Virus record (IMG/VR): IMGVR_UViG_3300048904_000041
Span: 1-37,543 of that record
Strand: one strand, 5' to 3'
Length of the DNA: 37,543 nucleotides
Origin: a virus
Lineage: Duplodnaviria; Heunggongvirae; Uroviricota; Caudoviricetes
In this document: in pieces, positions 5,682 to 15,055 of the stretch
Layout of the letters: every line of letters starts with the position of its first letter
Position numbering within the stretch: the first letter of the stretch is position 1
The notes under the pieces: generated by a model
The model's database searches: none
Seen by the model: the letters and a program-made list of their open reading frames with translations, nothing else
Told to the model about the DNA's origin: nothing
Made by a program: the position numbers and the translations under genes

Positions 5682-6806
5682 ATGCAAGCACTACAATACA
5701 TCAAGCAACACGGTATCAAGGCACTGACAGATAACCTCGGTATCAAGGTTCGTCGTGATGGCGATCTGATTACGCTTAACTATTGCCAAATCGAAAGCCC
5801 AAAGACTGACCCTGTTGTCATGGAATGTCGGGGATTGACCCTCAACCATGATGGTACTCAAGTTATATCGCGTGGTATGGATCGATTCTTTAATCTAGGT
5901 GAAGCACTGAATGTCGCTCCTGAAATTAATTGGGACGAAGCTGTGCTCTTCGAAAAGGTTGACGGTAGCTTCATCAAGATCTATTGGAACCCTCTTGATG
6001 ACCGTTGGGAAGTCGCTACACGTGGAACAGCATTCGCATCTACCGATTGCATGGGTCACGGTATTACGTTCCGCGAACTGGTGTTCAAGGCCCTTGGTGT
6101 GTCTTCTGAACAAGAGTTCCAAGAATTGATCGACAATGCATCTCTCTACCCTGAATACACATACATGTTCGAACTGACCTGTGCCGAGAACCGCGTGGTC
6201 AAACATTACGATGGTTACAAACTCCACTACCTGATTTCGCGTGATAACGAAACAGGTGTGTATGCCGATGAACGCACATGGCTTAGCATTCATGACGGAG
6301 AAGGTAATCCGCTGTGTGGTCTGCAATTAGAATTTCCTAAGCAGTTCACGTTCAAGTCGGCTGAAGAGTGTCAGCGTGTCTGTGCAGAGCTGAAAGACCT
6401 TGACGAAGGTTATGTTGTCTACCAAGAGGGTGTACCAGTCAGCAAGATTAAGTCGCCAGCATATGTAGCAGTTCATCATATTCGTGGTGAAGGTCTGAAC
6501 AGCACTCGTTGCAAAGAACTGGTATTGTCCGGTGAGGTCGAAGAATATCTGACCTACTTCCCACATGACCGTGAGATGTTGAAACCGTACATCGATGCAA
6601 TGAATTTGCTTGACTGCCACATGGATGCGGTTTATGCTTGTGTCCAGAACGAAGAGGATCAAAAAGAGTTCGCCCGTAAGATCGCAGGAATGCCGTTTAA
6701 AGCTGCGTTGTTCGGTGCCCGTCTGCGTGGTACTACTCCTCGTGAATCCTTTAACCAACAGCTTCTCAGCTATCGTGTACGTCAACTTGAGGAATACTTG
6801 AAGTGA
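5682..6806 (+). CDS. rnlA: RNA ligase 1 (T4 Rnl1-like)
   Basis: Motif I EKVDGS, ECRGL, FELT, EGYVV, KIKS; start reassigned to MQALQ with AAGGAG RBS. Confidence 0.92.
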   Translation: MQALQYIKQHGIKALTDNLGIKVRRDGDLITLNYCQIESPKTDPVVMECRGLTLNHDGTQVISRGMDRFFNLGEALNVAPEINWDEAVLFEKVDGSFIKIYWNPLDDRWEVATRGTAFASTDCMGHGITFRELVFKALGVSSEQEFQELIDNASLYPEYTYMFELTCAENRVVKHYDGYKLHYLISRDNETGVYADERTWLSIHDGEGNPLCGLQLEFPKQFTFKSAEECQRVCAELKDLDEGYVVYQEGVPVSKIKSPAYVAVHHIRGEGLNSTRCKELVLSGEVEEYLTYFPHDREMLKPYIDAMNLLDCHMDAVYACVQNEEDQKEFARKIAGMPFKAALFGARLRGTTPRESFNQQLLSYRVRQLEEYLK

Positions 6807-7222
6807 AAGGTTTTACACACGTCTCAGCAAATGCAGCACAATCCGCTATCGATGGCTTCGAACAGAAGCTCGCCGATGGGCGGGCACTACGTGATGAAGG
6901 AATTCGTCGCTACTACAACAAAAACTACACCCTTGCGACAGCAAACAAGCGGTTCAGCTACACCCGCTGGAAGTACAAGGCTGAAACACCAATGAGCTTC
7001 TGCCGAAAGCATTCTCCAGATGGTGCATTCTTTGGGACATGGGCTGACATCTTGCACACTGTTCTAACCGATGATGAACAAGAACTGATTCACTGGTGGT
7101 CTTACATCGATAAAGACAAAGCTTATGGTCTGAAGTGCTTGCTTAATACATCCGAAGATGGTAAGATCATTGTCGATGACCAAACGGCGACCTTTATCAA
7201 CAAATACGGAGCAGTAAAGTGA
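6803..7222 (+). CDS. Hypothetical protein, 139 aa
   Basis: GTGA overlap, GAGGA RBS. Confidence 0.75.
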   Translation: MKGFTHVSANAAQSAIDGFEQKLADGRALRDEGIRRYYNKNYTLATANKRFSYTRWKYKAETPMSFCRKHSPDGAFFGTWADILHTVLTDDEQELIHWWSYIDKDKAYGLKCLLNTSEDGKIIVDDQTATFINKYGAVK

Positions 7223-7437
7223 AACGAGTAACAGTTAATACAACCAATCCAATGTTAATCTCGAAATCAACAGGATTACCTGCTCGCAACAGCTTCGAAA
7301 TCATTTGCGATGATGATGTTGACAATTATGAAATCATGACGCACTATGAAGAACAATTGATTAATGGTTGGATTATTACCGAAGTAATCAAACATCGTGG
7401 TGAACTCCGCATTGTAACACTTAAAGGAGATTATTGA
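7219..7437 (+). CDS. Hypothetical protein, 72 aa
   Basis: GTGA overlap, GGAG RBS. Confidence 0.7.
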   Translation: MKRVTVNTTNPMLISKSTGLPARNSFEIICDDDVDNYEIMTHYEEQLINGWIITEVIKHRGELRIVTLKGDY

Positions 7438-7438
7438 A

Positions 7439-8332
7439 TTGAAGGCTATCATTACAGTAGGTATCTCTTGCAGCGGTAAGTCGTCGTTCGCAGCTCAGAT
7501 GGTTGAGCAACATAACTACACGGAAATCAACCGTGACTGGATTCGATTCAACGTCGTGATGCCGGGTGCTGATTGGCGTAGCTACAAGTTCACAAAAGCA
7601 CGTGAGGAAGAAGTGACCGACGTTGCTGATAAGCTCCTGATGGAATCGTGGGCTGCTGAGCGAAACATTATCATCAGCGATACCAACCTGAACACTGGTC
7701 GTCGTCAATCTCTTATCAATAAGCTTGAAGACCTCGGTTATAATGTTGAAGTGAAAGTGTTCGATGTCACCTTTAAAGAAGCAGTGAAGCGTGATAACTA
7801 TCGTCTGAACGGTGTTGGTCAGGACATTATTTACAAACAGCTTCAGCAATTCAACGATATGTCGATGCGTAAAACCTACGACTTCCAAAATGCTCAGGAT
7901 CGACACCTTCCTGCTTGTATCATTGTTGATGTTGATGGTACGATTGCTGAAATGCATGACCGTGGCCCTTTTGAATGGAAGAAGGTTGGTCAGGATAAGC
8001 CACGTAACGTAATTATGCAGATGGTTCGTGCATACAAGCGTATGGGTTATGATATTATCATTTGTTCTGGTCGTTCTGATGAATGTTACCATGAAACAGA
8101 AAAATGGCTTGACAAACATTTGGGTTACGATTACTATGACGATATTCACATGCGTAAGGCTGGTGACTTCAGGAAAGACGATGCTGTAAAAGAGGAAATC
8201 TTCTGGAACCACATCGCCCACCAGTACAGTGTTTATGCCGCGATTGATGATCGACCTCAGATGATTCGTCTGTGGCACGAACTGAAGATTCCAAACGTCA
8301 TCGCCGTAGCTGACCCATATATTGAGTTTTAA
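7439..8332 (+). CDS. pseT: Polynucleotide 5'-kinase/3'-phosphatase
   Basis: P-loop GISCSGKS, INRDWIR, C-terminal HAD motif DVDGT, SGR, IDDR. Confidence 0.93.
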   Translation: MKAIITVGISCSGKSSFAAQMVEQHNYTEINRDWIRFNVVMPGADWRSYKFTKAREEEVTDVADKLLMESWAAERNIIISDTNLNTGRRQSLINKLEDLGYNVEVKVFDVTFKEAVKRDNYRLNGVGQDIIYKQLQQFNDMSMRKTYDFQNAQDRHLPACIIVDVDGTIAEMHDRGPFEWKKVGQDKPRNVIMQMVRAYKRMGYDIIICSGRSDECYHETEKWLDKHLGYDYYDDIHMRKAGDFRKDDAVKEEIFWNHIAHQYSVYAAIDDRPQMIRLWHELKIPNVIAVADPYIEF

Positions 8333-8341
8333 GGAGATAAA

Positions 8342-9181
8342 ATGATTTCTTATTCGTTTGGTAATATCAATACACAGGTTAACGTGTTTAAATACCCCGA
8401 CGGCTGTGTGGACATCGACCTGAATACTGGTAGTCAGCAGCCTGACAATAGTGTTAGTGCTATCGAAGTCACTGTTAAATTCGGTGATGAAATGGGGGTT
8501 AATGATACATTGGTGGCTCTTGCTCTCACCCGTGAAGCTCTTCGTCATCAATACCCACTAGCTAACATCTCATTGTTCATGCCATACCTTCCATACGCAC
8601 GTCAAGATCGTCGTGAGCGTAATGGTATGGCACACCCATTGAAAGTTGTTGGGAAGTCGATTAATGACATGGGGTTTGCATATGTTTTCGTTGCAGATGC
8701 ACACAGCACTGTTGCCGAAGCATGTATTGACCGACTCCACATCATTACACAGTTCGAAATCTTTGGTCGTGTGAAACAGAGCTGGCGTGAAGTTTACATT
8801 GTCGCTCCTGATGCTGGTGCTACCAAAAAGTGTGAAGCGTTTGCTAAGCTGGTTGGTGCTGCTGGTGTTATCACATGTGCAAAGGATCGTGTGAACGGTA
8901 AGGTTCAGGGTATTAAAGTGCTTGACACTGTTCCAAAAGGTGCTAAGCTGTTTGTACTTGATGACCTGTGTGATGGTGGTCGTACCTTCATCGAAGTTGC
9001 TAAAGAGCTTGAGACCATCACTCTTGGTTACGGCGATCTAGAATTGGCAATCACACACGGTCTATTTACAAAAGGTGTTGACATCGTAGCTGTACATTAT
9101 GATAAGATCTACACCACTGATAGCTACATTAGTGACAAGTCCAATCGGAACGGTCAAATTGAAGTAATCGAACTCAAATAA
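8342..9181 (+). CDS. prs: Ribose-phosphate pyrophosphokinase family (probable Adps of NARP1)
   Basis: PYLPYARQDR, APDAGA, VLDDLCDGGRTF, THGLF motifs. Confidence 0.9.
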   Translation: MISYSFGNINTQVNVFKYPDGCVDIDLNTGSQQPDNSVSAIEVTVKFGDEMGVNDTLVALALTREALRHQYPLANISLFMPYLPYARQDRRERNGMAHPLKVVGKSINDMGFAYVFVADAHSTVAEACIDRLHIITQFEIFGRVKQSWREVYIVAPDAGATKKCEAFAKLVGAAGVITCAKDRVNGKVQGIKVLDTVPKGAKLFVLDDLCDGGRTFIEVAKELETITLGYGDLELAITHGLFTKGVDIVAVHYDKIYTTDSYISDKSNRNGQIEVIELK

Positions 9182-9191
9182 CGGAGAGAAA

Positions 9192-9371
9192 ATGAGCGAT
9201 ATTCGGATTCACCCAAATGATCCAGCAATTCAGATTGATGCAACAACTGCTTTCATCGACAGCTACACCATCACTATTGATGATAACCTGTGTGGTGATT
9301 CCGTTATCGTTCTAGTTGAAGATATTCCAGCATTGATTGAAATGCTCCAATCCATCGTAGAGGGTAAGTAA
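9192..9371 (+). CDS. Hypothetical acidic protein, 59 aa
   Basis: Manual translation MSDIRIHPND...IVEGK; GGAG RBS; stop abuts the Nampt start. Confidence 0.7.
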   Translation: MSDIRIHPNDPAIQIDATTAFIDSYTITIDDNLCGDSVIVLVEDIPALIEMLQSIVEGK

Positions 9372-11144
9372 ATGAATTTGTTCGCACCATTTAACAGCGA
9401 CGGTTATAAACTGGCACACGCCATGATGTATGCAAACGGCACCGAAGAGGTTTACAGCAACCTGACACCACGCTCTGACCGTATCTATCGTGCAAATAGC
9501 GCTACCCGGTACTACGACGGTAAGTTGGTACTGCTTGGTGTATCGGCTGCATTCCAAGAAATCGTTGAAAGCTGGAAACAGTTCTTCGACATGGACAAAG
9601 GAATTGCACTGGCACGACAGAAGCTGTACCTCGACTTCTACCTAGGGCCTGATGCAGTTTCGATTGACAACCTATCGAAGCTTCACGATATCGGTTACCT
9701 GCCGCTGGAAGTTAAGAGTCTGGAAGAGGGTACCAAAGTACCAATGGGTATTCCAGTCCTGACTGTTCGCAACACTGTCGCACACGCTTATTGGTTGGTG
9801 AACTTCCTTGAAACCACCATTAGTAACCTGACGTGGAAGGCTTCGACTGTTGCAACTATCGCGGCAGAATATCGTGCGATGTTGGTTGACTTCGCTCTAC
9901 GTACTGGTGGTAGTCTGGATGACGTTAACTGGCAAGCTCACGCATTTGCATGTCGTGGTATGTCTGGCCCTGAAGACTCGGCTCGCTCGGAAATCGGTCA
10001 CATTGCAAGCTTCCTTGGTACTGACTCTTTGGGAAGTGTGATGTATGCCCAACAGTACATGGGTGCTGGTAACTTCGTAGCAGCAAGCGTTCCAGCAACT
10101 GAACACGCTGTAGCAACTTCGAACATTCTTCGTATCGAACAAGAGTTGATTGAGGGAACTTACGAATTTATCAATGAGGAACATGAAAATATCCTTGAAC
10201 AAATGTGCTGGAACCATGAGGATGATCGTCTTATTGCGGAAGTCATGTTCGCTTATGAATTGATGCATAAGTTCCCAAAAGGTGTTCTGTCGTATGTAAT
10301 GGACTCGTTCGACTTCTGGACTATGCTGTCACGTGGTCTGCGTTACCTGAAGCCTGTGATTCTGCGTCGTGAGACTAACGGTATTACTCCCGGTCGTCTT
10401 GTTGCACGCCCTGACTCCGGTGACCCTGTTGAAGTTGTATGTGGTCTTGGGTCTATCGAGAACGTACCCGGTCTGGATCGTTGCTCTGTACTTGACGCTG
10501 TTGAAGGTAATGATGCAGGTGTTGTTGAGTATGAAGGTCGTTACTACAAGCTTGATGTCACTCGACGTGATTTCGATGACTACATTGACGAATACAAACT
10601 CGTTGAAGTTAGCTACGAAGAGGCCATCGGTGCAATCGAAGTGCTTTGGAATGAGTTCGGTGGCACTATTACCGACAAGGGCTACAAACTGCTTGATGAC
10701 CATGTTCGTTTGATTTACGGTGATTCGATTACCCCTAAACGGGCACTCGCAATCCTTGAAGGTCTGGAAGCTAAAGGCTTCTGCTCGACGAACGTAGTGT
10801 TCGGTATCGGTAGCTACACTTACCAGTGTGTAACACGTGATACATTCGGCTTCGCTGTCAAGGCTACTCACACTGTTGTAAACGGTAAGGACATCGCGAT
10901 CTTCAAAGATCCGAAGACTGACAGTAAGAAGAAATCGGCTAAAGGTTATCTGTATGTTGGTCGTGACCCCATCTTCACCAACAATGGTGATGTGAAAGGT
11001 TACGGTGAACAAGTGTTACACAATGACGTAAGTCGTGAAGTGGAACAAGATGAAACTAACCTGCTGCGTACAATCTTCAAAGATGGTCAGTTTATATTCG
11101 CAAACATGCCGACACTCGATGGTGTTCGTGCCAAGCTGATGTAA
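9372..11144 (+). CDS. nadV: Nicotinamide phosphoribosyltransferase family (probable Namat of NARP1)
   Basis: SDGYKLAH, VPATEH, VMDSFD, RPDSGDP, IYGDSIT, VFGIGS, TRDTFGFAVKAT, KDPKTD..KKSAKG. Confidence 0.92.
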   Translation: MNLFAPFNSDGYKLAHAMMYANGTEEVYSNLTPRSDRIYRANSATRYYDGKLVLLGVSAAFQEIVESWKQFFDMDKGIALARQKLYLDFYLGPDAVSIDNLSKLHDIGYLPLEVKSLEEGTKVPMGIPVLTVRNTVAHAYWLVNFLETTISNLTWKASTVATIAAEYRAMLVDFALRTGGSLDDVNWQAHAFACRGMSGPEDSARSEIGHIASFLGTDSLGSVMYAQQYMGAGNFVAASVPATEHAVATSNILRIEQELIEGTYEFINEEHENILEQMCWNHEDDRLIAEVMFAYELMHKFPKGVLSYVMDSFDFWTMLSRGLRYLKPVILRRETNGITPGRLVARPDSGDPVEVVCGLGSIENVPGLDRCSVLDAVEGNDAGVVEYEGRYYKLDVTRRDFDDYIDEYKLVEVSYEEAIGAIEVLWNEFGGTITDKGYKLLDDHVRLIYGDSITPKRALAILEGLEAKGFCSTNVVFGIGSYTYQCVTRDTFGFAVKATHTVVNGKDIAIFKDPKTDSKKKSAKGYLYVGRDPIFTNNGDVKGYGEQVLHNDVSREVEQDETNLLRTIFKDGQFIFANMPTLDGVRAKLM

Positions 11145-11148
11145 TGAG

Positions 11149-11171
11149 AAGCCCCTTTCGAGGGGCTTTTT
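11149..11171 (+). terminator. Rho-independent terminator
   Basis: AAGCCCCT-TTCG-AGGGGCTT followed by TTT. Confidence 0.85.
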
Positions 11172-11192
11172 CACGTCTGTCGAAAATAGTTG

Positions 11193-11220
11193 TTGACACC
11201 ATCACCAATCCTGATAAAAT
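11193..11220 (+). promoter_or_regulatory. sigma70 promoter with extended -10
   Basis: TTGACA-16 nt-TAAAAT with TGn. Confidence 0.75.
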
Positions 11221-11257
11221 GGATGCATATCAACGATACATCCAAATGGAGATAAAC

Positions 11258-11743
11258 ATGAAATCGCAAATGAGCATTGCCGTAGAACTCGCCGTTAAAT
11301 ACCACGAAGATCAGGAATACGGTGATTCAGGTCTTCCGTACATCTACCACCTTCAGCAAGTTGACCAACTTGTCGTCGCAGCATACAAACCAAAGGGTCT
11401 GAAGCATCACGAACCGTACAGCAAGCATCCCGGTGATGAAATGGACAACCTGAGAGCGATTGCATTCCTTCACGACATTCTGGAAGACACAAAATGCAGT
11501 GTTTTCAATCTTATTGATGCAGGATTGACCGATACCGTTATTGAAGCTGTACTCGCAATCACTAAGAAAGATGAAACATATGAGGACTATCTTCGTGGTG
11601 TTATGAACAATCCACTTGCATTGAAAGTCAAAATCGCGGATACTGCATCCAATCTTGCACACAGCGTAATTGACCAGAATCAGCGACGCATTGATAAATA
11701 CATTCGTCAACTTAATATCTTGAAAGGCTTTGAAAAACTATGA
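11258..11743 (+). CDS. HD-domain hydrolase, SpoT/Mesh1-like (small alarmone hydrolase candidate)
   Basis: HEDQEY..SGLPYIYHLQQV, AFLHDILEDT, VKIADTASNL; start moved to MKSQM (GGAG RBS) because the longer ORF spans a terminator and a promoter. Confidence 0.8.
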   Translation: MKSQMSIAVELAVKYHEDQEYGDSGLPYIYHLQQVDQLVVAAYKPKGLKHHEPYSKHPGDEMDNLRAIAFLHDILEDTKCSVFNLIDAGLTDTVIEAVLAITKKDETYEDYLRGVMNNPLALKVKIADTASNLAHSVIDQNQRRIDKYIRQLNILKGFEKL

Positions 11744-11904
11744 CAATCGATGACATGATTGATAGCAAATTGAGTGATATTCGATCTTCACTTTACAACC
11801 TCTATCTTCACTCAGGTAAAACATCCATAAACATCGAAATCGAAAAGATAATCGACATGGTTGAAGATTTGCAGGACTTCGTAATAGAGAACTCAGAAGA
11901 ATGA
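11740..11904 (+). CDS. Hypothetical protein, 54 aa
   Basis: Manual translation, ATGA overlaps. Confidence 0.6.
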   Translation: MTIDDMIDSKLSDIRSSLYNLYLHSGKTSINIEIEKIIDMVEDLQDFVIENSEE

Positions 11905-12098
11905 AGAATTCAATCGGTGGATGGATGGACTATTGTGCAAAGGTTAAAATTGGTCTTGGTATCACAGTTCTAACCGAAGTACAATGCAAATATCTAATGA
12001 CACATTATACCTCAAACATTCCATTCATTGACGCAGTTAAGGGGATTCAAAATGGCGATTGTAACGTGGCAACAGAAACTAGACGCAACCGTCGGTAA
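11901..12098 (+). CDS. Hypothetical protein, 65 aa
   Basis: ATGA overlap. Confidence 0.55.
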   Translation: MKNSIGGWMDYCAKVKIGLGITVLTEVQCKYLMTHYTSNIPFIDAVKGIQNGDCNVATETRRNRR

Positions 12099-12243
12099 AC
12101 AACCAATTGCAAAAGGTGGCGGTGGTGGTGTAATGTGGGAAGACTACAACCTACCTGACGGCTACTGGCGGTATACTTGGACTAACTTCACACTTGAGCC
12201 ACATCCGCAGTTTGTCGAAGTTAACTACATGGAGAGTGATTGA
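12052..12243 (+). CDS. Hypothetical protein, 63 aa
   Basis: AAGGGG RBS before MAIVTW. Confidence 0.6.
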   Translation: MAIVTWQQKLDATVGKQPIAKGGGGGVMWEDYNLPDGYWRYTWTNFTLEPHPQFVEVNYMESD

Positions 12244-12446
12244 TGGCTACGTTTAATGTTGAGGTTAGGCTTGTCGAAAGATGGTTCACAAATAACGAAA
12301 CGTGGTATGATGTTGTAAAAACAAGTAAACATATTACAGGTCGTGAAATGACCGAAGTAGAGTGTCGTGAGGTCGTATTCAAGTCAATGGATATGGACGA
12401 AGCTATTTATATGCGTGATAGATTTACGGAGAACGATTTTAAATGA
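12240..12446 (+). CDS. Hypothetical protein, 68 aa
   Basis: GGAG RBS, overlap with upstream stop. Confidence 0.65.
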   Translation: MMATFNVEVRLVERWFTNNETWYDVVKTSKHITGREMTEVECREVVFKSMDMDEAIYMRDRFTENDFK

Positions 12447-12577
12447 CTAAGCAACAAATCTTAGACGACATGTTGGTTAAACACGAAGCATACGTGAATG
12501 ACTGGCAGAACAAAGAGAAGTGGGAAGCGTATGTGAACGCTTGGAAAGCATGGCGTCAAGTTAAAGGGGATGAATAG
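12443..12577 (+). CDS. Hypothetical Trp-rich protein, 44 aa
   Basis: Manual translation MTKQQILDD...KGDE; ATGA overlap. Confidence 0.55.
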   Translation: MTKQQILDDMLVKHEAYVNDWQNKEKWEAYVNAWKAWRQVKGDE

Positions 12578-12771
12578 TGGAAAAGAAGATCCTGTCTACA
12601 CGTGACACCTACACACTCCGCGAGTGTGGTAATCCTGAAACTGGCTCACAATGGCTTGAGCTGAATGTTGGTGATGAATATCAAGGTCGATACGCGACGA
12701 TTGCCCTAAGCAAGGGTGATGTAAAAGACCTTATTCACGACCTTATAATCCTTGAAGCGAGAATTAAATGA
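12577..12771 (+). CDS. Hypothetical protein, 64 aa
   Basis: GTG start coupled to upstream stop. Confidence 0.65.
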   Translation: MEKKILSTRDTYTLRECGNPETGSQWLELNVGDEYQGRYATIALSKGDVKDLIHDLIILEARIK

Positions 12772-13007
12772 ACCTACATAACCGAATGATGAACCTTCGG
12801 AATGAATCCGAAGAGAATAACATGATGAAATACGGTCGTGAGTTCGACCAACGCAGCTACATGATAGGTCACCGTGATGCCCGTCATTCAGCAGCAGAAG
12901 CAACTTTGCGACATGACCACTACATTGAGCGACTTGAATACTATGTTCGCAAGATGGCTGGTGATGAAATCCTGAAAGAAATTCAAGCTGATGTAGGAGT
13001 GCTGTAA
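12768..13007 (+). CDS. Hypothetical protein, 79 aa
   Basis: ATGA overlap. Confidence 0.7.
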   Translation: MNLHNRMMNLRNESEENNMMKYGREFDQRSYMIGHRDARHSAAEATLRHDHYIERLEYYVRKMAGDEILKEIQADVGVL

Positions 13008-13171
13008 TGACAATTAATGATTCAATCAAATATCTGGTTGACAAAGCACTGACAATCGGGTATAGTGAGCGTGAAATTGAAATGCTTACATACGATCTAA
13101 AGGAGATTCTGTACGGTCTACCTGATACAGATCAAGATACACTGGATGAATTGTTTGAGGAAATGTTTTGA
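13007..13171 (+). CDS. Hypothetical protein, 54 aa
   Basis: TAATG coupling, AGGAG RBS. Confidence 0.6.
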   Translation: MTINDSIKYLVDKALTIGYSEREIEMLTYDLKEILYGLPDTDQDTLDELFEEMF

Positions 13172-13350
13172 TAATCACTAATGATGATCTTAGTCGAATT
13201 GAAGTAAAGCTAGCACCAGTTAGTAAAAAGTATGTGAGTCTTGATGTTGTTGATGGTGCTGATTATTCTGCGTATATCCATCTCAACAGAACCAAAGTCA
13301 TGAAATTGATCTTAACTCTGATCGATATGGAAAAGGAGATGGTTGATTGA
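13168..13350 (+). CDS. Hypothetical protein, 60 aa
   Basis: TTGA overlap, GAGGA RBS. Confidence 0.6.
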   Translation: MIITNDDLSRIEVKLAPVSKKYVSLDVVDGADYSAYIHLNRTKVMKLILTLIDMEKEMVD

Positions 13351-13634
13351 CTGAAGCCGAAAAGAAAGTTGTAAAAACCGTTGATATCACCTTCGATCAA
13401 TTCGCAGCCTATGATTTCATCCCACCTGCAACATTCTTTATTCGTGATGCACGTGATGTATATGTATTCTACAAGACATCCAAGCGGGTAGATGCCCAAA
13501 ATGCTGCCGATGAAGTATATGGTAAAGGTAAGTACAAAGTAATGGCATCAAAGCTACAGAAATCAGTAAGTCGCCTAGAATCAGGTGGACTTAGTTGCAC
13601 TGGAACCGCAACTCGACGCGGACAAAAACGATGA
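13347..13634 (+). CDS. Hypothetical basic protein, 95 aa
   Basis: TTGA overlap, AAGGAG RBS. Confidence 0.7.
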   Translation: MTEAEKKVVKTVDITFDQFAAYDFIPPATFFIRDARDVYVFYKTSKRVDAQNAADEVYGKGKYKVMASKLQKSVSRLESGGLSCTGTATRRGQKR

Positions 13635-14059
13635 AGGAGAAAATAATGGAAGTACGTAATACTGCACTGCTGCAAGAAGAATCTTTGGTCAACTACGCTG
13701 CTGCAATCGGTTATGAACCAGTCTACAACGAGCGTGGTCTGTCTGGATTCTTCCAACCAAACTTCGAAGTTGTAGGTAAAGCACGACGTTCGGTAAACAG
13801 CATGATCAAAATGCACAATCATGATGCTGAGGATGTATTTGCTGTTCTGCAATTCACCCCATACGTCGAGTTCAACCAATACGTAAAAGACATGAGTAAC
13901 CTTGATGACCTTGTTACCCTTTTCGCGGGTACTTGCAAAATTGTTGAAAAGGTAAAAGCTGTATACTCCAACAAGAAAGGTTTGATCATCACAAACCATC
14001 AAGTTAAGTTCATGACCCCGCGTGACCGCCGATTCTACCGGGATATCATCGGTGAATAA
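13631..14059 (+). CDS. Hypothetical protein, ~142 aa
   Basis: ATGA overlap; start could also be the downstream MEV with AAGGAG RBS. Confidence 0.7.
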   Translation: MKEKIMEVRNTALLQEESLVNYAAAIGYEPVYNERGLSGFFQPNFEVVGKARRSVNSMIKMHNHDAEDVFAVLQFTPYVEFNQYVKDMSNLDDLVTLFAGTCKIVEKVKAVYSNKKGLIITNHQVKFMTPRDRRFYRDIIGE

Positions 14060-14060
14060 G

Positions 14061-14465
14061 ATGTCGCAACCGTATATGGAGACTGCCCGTGCTTTTGCAC
14101 GGCTTTCCCATGCTGAACGGAAAAAAGTAGGCGCTGTGGCTATTACTCCACAAGATGTAATGCTATACTCTTGGAATGGTAGACCATCAGGTGATGACAA
14201 TTGCTGCGAAGTTGACGGTGTTACTCACCCTGAAGTCTTGCATGCTGAACGTAACTTGGTTGCTAAAGCGGCACGCGAAGGTATTAGCATGAAAGGTGCA
14301 AAAGTGTATGTAACCTTATCACCTTGCTTACCTTGTGCTATGATGATGTATCAAGCTGGGGTTTCTGAGCTTGTATATGACGAAGAATACCGATTGACAG
14401 ACGGGATTGAATTCCTTAAACGAAAACTAATCAAAGTGGAGAAGTATGATGAGAATCCTGATTGA
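14061..14465 (+). CDS. cd: dCMP deaminase
   Basis: HAERN and TLSPCLPCA zinc-binding motifs, KKVGAV. Confidence 0.9.
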   Translation: MSQPYMETARAFARLSHAERKKVGAVAITPQDVMLYSWNGRPSGDDNCCEVDGVTHPEVLHAERNLVAKAAREGISMKGAKVYVTLSPCLPCAMMMYQAGVSELVYDEEYRLTDGIEFLKRKLIKVEKYDENPD

Positions 14466-14649
14466 ACAAATTCAAGGTGATGCATCCTTTACCTTCTACA
14501 ACAAGCAATGTGAAGTGATTCACGTTGAGCAAGTAAGCGGTAAGACAAGTAATGACTACATTCGTAGTGTTCCTGTGTCAGAAGCTGAATACGGTAGCTG
14601 TAAAGCTCTGTTCTCTGGTAAGCTTCTTTCTTATAAGGTGATTGCGTGA
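14446..14649 (+). CDS. Hypothetical protein, ~67 aa
   Basis: GGAG RBS, operon context. Confidence 0.6.
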   Translation: MMRILIEQIQGDASFTFYNKQCEVIHVEQVSGKTSNDYIRSVPVSEAEYGSCKALFSGKLLSYKVIA

Positions 14650-14831
14650 CTGATAAATTCCGAATTGTAAAAACCACATATGAAGATGGTGATATTGATT
14701 ACCAAGTACAAATGAATACGAGTTGGGATAACTATGTGTTAATCGTAACTCGAAAAACAATTGATGAAGCACGTAAGGTTTGTGAATTCCTTAACGGTAG
14801 AAATATTAAAAGTCTAGAGGTGGTTGAATGA
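14646..14831 (+). CDS. Hypothetical protein, 61 aa
   Basis: GTGA overlap, AAGGTG RBS. Confidence 0.65.
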   Translation: MTDKFRIVKTTYEDGDIDYQVQMNTSWDNYVLIVTRKTIDEARKVCEFLNGRNIKSLEVVE

Positions 14832-15055
14832 TCGATATCCCAACAGATGAAATCGTAGAAGCTTTTGAACCAAAGTCATCTGAGGAACTACGTGCGCAGG
14901 CTATGAAATTCCTGTATGATAATCAAGAATGCTATGTTGCTCAGTGGATTATACAAAATCCATTTGCAAACCCTGCCGACTATGCACTAAAATTCACGTA
15001 CAACGACCAAAGTATGCTTGGTTATACTGTAACAATGGAAAGGATTGACAAATGA
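14828..15055 (+). CDS. Hypothetical protein, 75 aa
   Basis: ATGA overlap, GAGGTG RBS. Confidence 0.65.
   Translation: MIDIPTDEIVEAFEPKSSEELRAQAMKFLYDNQECYVAQWIIQNPFANPADYALKFTYNDQSMLGYTVTMERIDK

Noticed and set aside
6019-6029. Half parS (GTTCCAC) inside the RNA ligase gene
   Set aside because: A single heptamer in coding sequence (encoding ATRGT), expected by chance
7421-8551. 376-aa minus-strand ORF (also 15218-16126, 10329-11012, 13469-14200, 5895-6785, 255-1019)
   Set aside because: Antisense shadows of well-supported genes (PNK/Prs, ligase, Nampt, Rnl1, packaging genes); no RBS or motifs; explained by codon bias on the real strand
10430-10640. Intein or mobile insertion in Nampt
   Set aside because: The insert has no N-terminal Cys/Ser plus C-terminal His-Asn splice motifs or endonuclease motif; it looks like an ordinary variable loop
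11144-11257. N-terminal 38 codons of the 199-aa HD ORF
   Set aside because: They span a terminator and a promoter; the real start is almost certainly ATG 11258
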